Made by a program: the position numbers and the translations under genes
The notes under the pieces: generated by a model
Told to the model about the DNA's origin: nothing
Database searches by the model: none
What the model saw: the letters and a program-made list of their open reading frames with translations, nothing else
In this document: positions 16,531-19,589 of the stretch, one piece after another
Position numbering within the stretch: the stretch's first letter is position 1
Layout: each line of letters starts with the position of its first letter
Assembly (NCBI GenBank): GCA_016184305.1
Contig: JACPCX010000028.1
Span: 1 to 19,589, forward strand
Direction of reading: 5' to 3'
DNA length: 19,589 nt
DNA from: Candidatus Rokuibacteriota bacterium
Lineage (GTDB): Bacteria > Methylomirabilota > Methylomirabilia > Rokubacteriales > CSP1-6

Positions 16531-16959
16531 TCAGGGGCGCGCTTCGGTGAGGAATTGCCGCGGCGTCATGATCCGGCAGGGGAGTCGGGCGCGCGGTTCC
16601 ATCCAGTGCTTGAAGTCTGCCAGGTCACCGGTGACGAAGTGTGTCGCCCGCGCTGCGATCGCGGCGGCGAGGAGCGGCCAGTCCTCCGCGGAGAGATCCC
16701 GCGGCGTCAGCCGCTCGACGTCGGCCGGGGCCGGTTCCATGCCGACCCGGATGGCCGCAAGGCTCTTCTGCAGGGCGGGCACCGCCGCCGGGCGCTTCGC
16801 CTAGAGATTACGCTCGGCCTCGACGATCGCGACGGGTGAAGTCAGAAGCGTGAGGCGGCCAGCGGCTCCCAGCTCGATCAGAAGTGCCGAGAGCCCTTCA
16901 GAACTGTAGGCGGGGGTGAAGAGAACGTTGGCGTCGAGGAAGACTCTGAGGTCAGCCAT
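16531..16959 (-). pseudogene. PIN-domain (VapC-like) toxin with an in-frame TAG at codon 53
   Basis: MADLRVFLDANVLF...IVEAERNL*AKRP...EDWPLLAAAIAARATHFVTGDLADF...IMTPRQFL. The acidic PIN residues are intact; TAG at 16801-16803. Confidence 0.85.
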
Positions 16960-17260
16960 TAGGGCGGCGACGCCGGCCACCCGCCTTCAGGCTCCAGCGC
17001 CGGCGGAGAGCCACGCGCTCACGCGGGCTCGGGCGGTCCACTCCGATCAGACGCTCGATCTCCTCGTCGCTGTAGGGTTGGACCGGCGTCACCGCGGCGG
17101 GATCCAGGACGATCTTCCCCGCCTCCTCCCGCAGCAGCAGGACCGAGCCTGGCCCGAGGCGCAGCCGCGCACGCACGGGTCGCGGCAGGGTGATCTGGCC
17201 GCGCGGAGAAACCACCAGGGTCGTCGTCTCGGCGTCCCAGATCTCGACCGACCTGGTCAT
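16952..17260 (-). CDS. AbrB/MazE-family antitoxin, native start apparently lost or fused
   Basis: TTLVVSPRGQITLPRPVRARLRLGPGSVLLLREEAGKIVLDP...YSDEEI; overlaps the PIN start by 8 bp. The nearest ATG (17260) lies in unrelated upstream sequence. Confidence 0.75.
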   Translation of the reverse strand: MTRSVEIWDAETTTLVVSPRGQITLPRPVRARLRLGPGSVLLLREEAGKIVLDPAAVTPVQPYSDEEIERLIGVDRPSPRERVALRRRWSLKAGGRRRRPNG

Positions 17261-17365
17261 CGGCCATTCGTCCCAGTTGGAGTGCGCGCAGTAGATCTTC
17301 CCGTCCAGGAGCAGCGCGCTGTCGAGGTGGATGATGGGGCCGTCCTTGGGCCCCTCCCACTTGCC
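17228..17365 (-). pseudogene. Fragment of an unrelated protein fused in frame to the antitoxin
   Basis: GKWEGPKDGPIIHLDSALLLDGKIYCAHSNWDEWPMTRSVEIWDAET is protein-like and beta-rich with clean GC3 codons; not AbrB-like, and has no start or SD. Confidence 0.55.
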
Positions 17366-17535
17366 CGCCCCCGCAGGGTTGCCCGCAGGATGCGGGAGGC
17401 ACCATGCGCGTGGGGGCACGGGCTGTCAACGCTATGGGCGCCCGCACTCGGCGGCCGTATCCCCTGGCCCCCGCATTGGTCCTCGCGTAGGATGGGCGCA
17501 GTGTCCACGCCCCGGCTCGACATGGAGGATCCCCT

Positions 17536-18542
17536 ATGAGGTGCCTGTCCGCCGCCCTTCTCGCTTCCGTGCTCGCCCTCGCGCTCCTCGCCGCGCCGGT
17601 CGCCGCCGGAGCGCAGCAGGCGGGGAAGGTGTACCGGATAGGTTTCCTCGGGAACTCCACCGCTGCCCTTGAGGCCAATCTCGTCGGGCCGTTCCGCGAG
17701 GGGTTGCGTGACCTCGGCTACGTCGAGGGCCGTACGTCGAGGGCCGACACATCCTGATCGAATATCGCTGGGCGGAAGGACAGTATGAACGCTTTCCCGC
17801 CCTCATCGCCGGGCTGATCGCCCTGAAGGTGGATGTGATCGTTACCGCCGGCACGCCCGCCTCGCTCGCCGTCAAGAAGGCGACAACGTCGGTTCCCCTC
17901 GTCATGGTCGCCGTCGGCGACCCTGTTGGCACGGGTCTGGTCGCCAGCCTCGCTCGGCCTGGCGTAAACCTCACGGGACTGGTGTCGATTGCGCCGGATC
18001 TCGAGGGGAAGCGCCTGGAGCTGCTCCGGGAGGTTGTCCCGAAACTCTCGCATGTGTCCTTCCTCTTGAATCCCGCCAACCCCTTCCATGCGGGCTCGGA
18101 GAAGCAGGCGAGCACGGCGGCCACGGCGTTACACCTGAAGGTGCAGTTTGTCGGGGTGCGAGCGGATTCAGAGTTTGATCAGGCGTTCAATGCCATCCTC
18201 AGAGAGCGGTCCGGTGCTCTCATCATGTTGGCCGACCGCCTCTTCTTGCATCACCGAGCTCGGATCGTGGACTTCACGACACGCCACCGTCTTCCGGGAA
18301 TGTTTGCGTACAGGGAGCTGGTGGAGGCCGGGGGGCTGATGTCCTTTGGGCCGAGCTATCCTGGGATGCACCGGCGCGCCGCCTACTTCGTAGACAGGAT
18401 CCTCAAAGGCGCCAAGGCCGCCGATCTTCCCATGGAGCAGCCCACGACGTTCGAGCTGGTCATCAACCTCAAGACCGCCAAGGCGCTCGGTCTCACGATC
18501 CCCCAGTCCGTGCTGCTGCGGGCAGATCAGGTGATCGAGTGA
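17536..18542 (+). pseudogene. ABC transporter substrate-binding protein (ABC_sub_bind type), frameshifted
   Basis: Signal peptide, RIGFLG, GLRDLGYVEG; continues in another frame IEYRWAEG...SLARPG.NLTG...KRLELL...P.EQPTTFELVINLKTAKALGLTIPQSVLLRADQVIE. Removing one copy of a 14-bp duplication restores a 330-aa ORF. Confidence 0.9.
17719..17746 (+). repeat. Perfect 14-bp tandem duplication TACGTCGAGGGCCG x2
   Basis: 17719-17732 is identical to 17733-17746. Confidence 0.95.
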
Positions 18543-18871
18543 TGCATCGGCGAACCTTTCTCTGCGGGCTGACGCTAGGAACGCTCGCCTTGCCCCTCGC
18601 CGCCGGGGCGCAGCAGGCAGGGAAAGTCTCCCGCGTCGGGTTTCTGTGGGAGAGTCCGGCCGTGTTTCCGGATGCCATCGAAGCTTTCCGCCAAGGGCTT
18701 CGAGACCTGGGCTACGTGGAGGGTCGGACCATCGCCATCGAGTACCGGTGGGCGGAGGGGAACCCAGAACGGATGCGCGAACTTGCCGAGGAACTGGTCC
18801 GGCTCAAGGTCGATGTCGGCCTGACGCTCCCGCAGTCACTCCTGTTGCGGGCAGATCAGGTGATTCAATGA
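18542..18871 (+). pseudogene. Second ABC_sub_bind paralogue with an in-frame internal deletion (109 aa)
   Basis: MHRRTFL...GLRDLGYVEG..IEYRWAEG...LVRLKVDV is joined directly to GLTLPQSLLLRADQVIQ; about 220 codons are missing relative to the neighbour. Confidence 0.85.
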
Positions 18872-19589
18872 TCGACCGCCGCGCGTTCATCACCAGCCTC
18901 GTCGCCGGCGCGTTCCTGGCATCGCGCTCAGCCGACGCGCAGAAGGCCAGGCGTATGCACCGAATCGGATGGCTATCACCCGCCTCGGCCGACGACGGCC
19001 TCCCCAACCTGGAGGCCCTTCGGGCTGGATTGCGCGAGCTCGGTTACGTCCAAGGCCAGACCATCACCATCGAGGCCCGCTGGGCCGATGGGCGCAGCGA
19101 GCGCCTTCCCCAGCTCGCCGCTGAGCTGGTTCGTCTCCCCGTGGACATCCTCTGCACTGCGGGCTCGCAAGCCTCCGGCGCGGCCAAGCACGCGACGTCC
19201 ACGATCCCGATCGTGTTTGCGAACGTCGCGTTTCCCGATCAGACGGGCCTCGTCGAGAGCTATGCGCGCCCCGGGGGCAATATCACGGGGGTCGCGTTCA
19301 TTGGCCCTGAATACGGGAAGCGGCTAGAGCTGCTTCGGGAGGCCCATCCCAGGCTCTCTCGTGTCGCGCTGATCTACAACCCCGACAATCCCGGGAGCGT
19401 CTTGGCCCTCCGCGAGACGCAACGGTGGGCAACCCCCTTGGGCGTCAGGCTCGAGCCTCACACGTTCCGGGGTCCGCACGATTTCGAGCGCGTCTTCCGG
19501 GCGATCGCCGGGAAGCGGCCCGATGCGCTCATGACGACGGCCGATCCACTCATCGCCTCCTATCGCACCCCCATCGTCGACTTCGCCGC
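18868..19589 (+). CDS. Third ABC_sub_bind paralogue, 5' part; runs off the window
   Basis: Manual translation: MIDRRAFITSL...RIGWLS...GLRELGYVQG..IEARWADG...TSTIPIVF...SYARPGGNITG...KRLELLRE. ATGA overlap; twin-Arg-like leader. Confidence 0.9.
   Translation, partial: MIDRRAFITSLVAGAFLASRSADAQKARRMHRIGWLSPASADDGLPNLEALRAGLRELGYVQGQTITIEARWADGRSERLPQLAAELVRLPVDILCTAGSQASGAAKHATSTIPIVFANVAFPDQTGLVESYARPGGNITGVAFIGPEYGKRLELLREAHPRLSRVALIYNPDNPGSVLALRETQRWATPLGVRLEPHTFRGPHDFERVFRAIAGKRPDALMTTADPLIASYRTPIVDFA

Noticed and set aside
16801..16803. Pyrrolysine or genome-wide TAG recoding
   Set aside because: TAG serves as a normal stop for other genes here (8184, 9117, 12054, 12581); a nonsense mutation is simpler.
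17395..17490. SD plus ATG 17404 opening a 28-codon ORF
   Set aside because: No recognisable motif or codon bias; cannot be supported.
1..19589. CRISPR array, tRNA/rRNA, integrase or transposase genes
   Set aside because: No regularly spaced repeats, canonical tRNA arms or recombinase motifs were seen; the leader at 745-847 lacks T-loop and D-loop consensus.

Overview
Very GC-rich bacterial chromosomal segment. The paralogous ABC_sub_bind array, the DRR-motif small protein and the repeat at 9.6 kb suggest Ca. Rokubacteria/Methylomirabilota (inference). Gene order: 5' part of a P5C dehydrogenase (-), RhlE-type DEAD-box helicase with a long structured leader, sorbosone-dehydrogenase-like protein, ARG-box-controlled argR-GNAT-truncated argD, NADP-dependent alkenal reductase (-), orphan xanthine-dehydrogenase-family Mo subunit, PaaG-like crotonase (-), a sigma54-driven small DRR-motif protein (-), a five-gene minus-strand run (tusA, dsrE2-like, Cfa N-domain, GGR-family flavoprotein, Cfa catalytic domain), an internally deleted CoA-transferase III, a ThDP enzyme, an MFS transporter, a decayed AbrB/PIN toxin-antitoxin pair (-), and three tandem ABC substrate-binding paralogues (frameshifted, internally deleted, and running off the window). 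The best novelty candidate is the Cfa-type methyltransferase split into two genes around a translationally coupled flavin reductase, directly downstream of sulfur-carrier genes. The window also has an unusual number of collapsed genes and short gene scars. All family calls come from motif recognition by eye; no searches were run.
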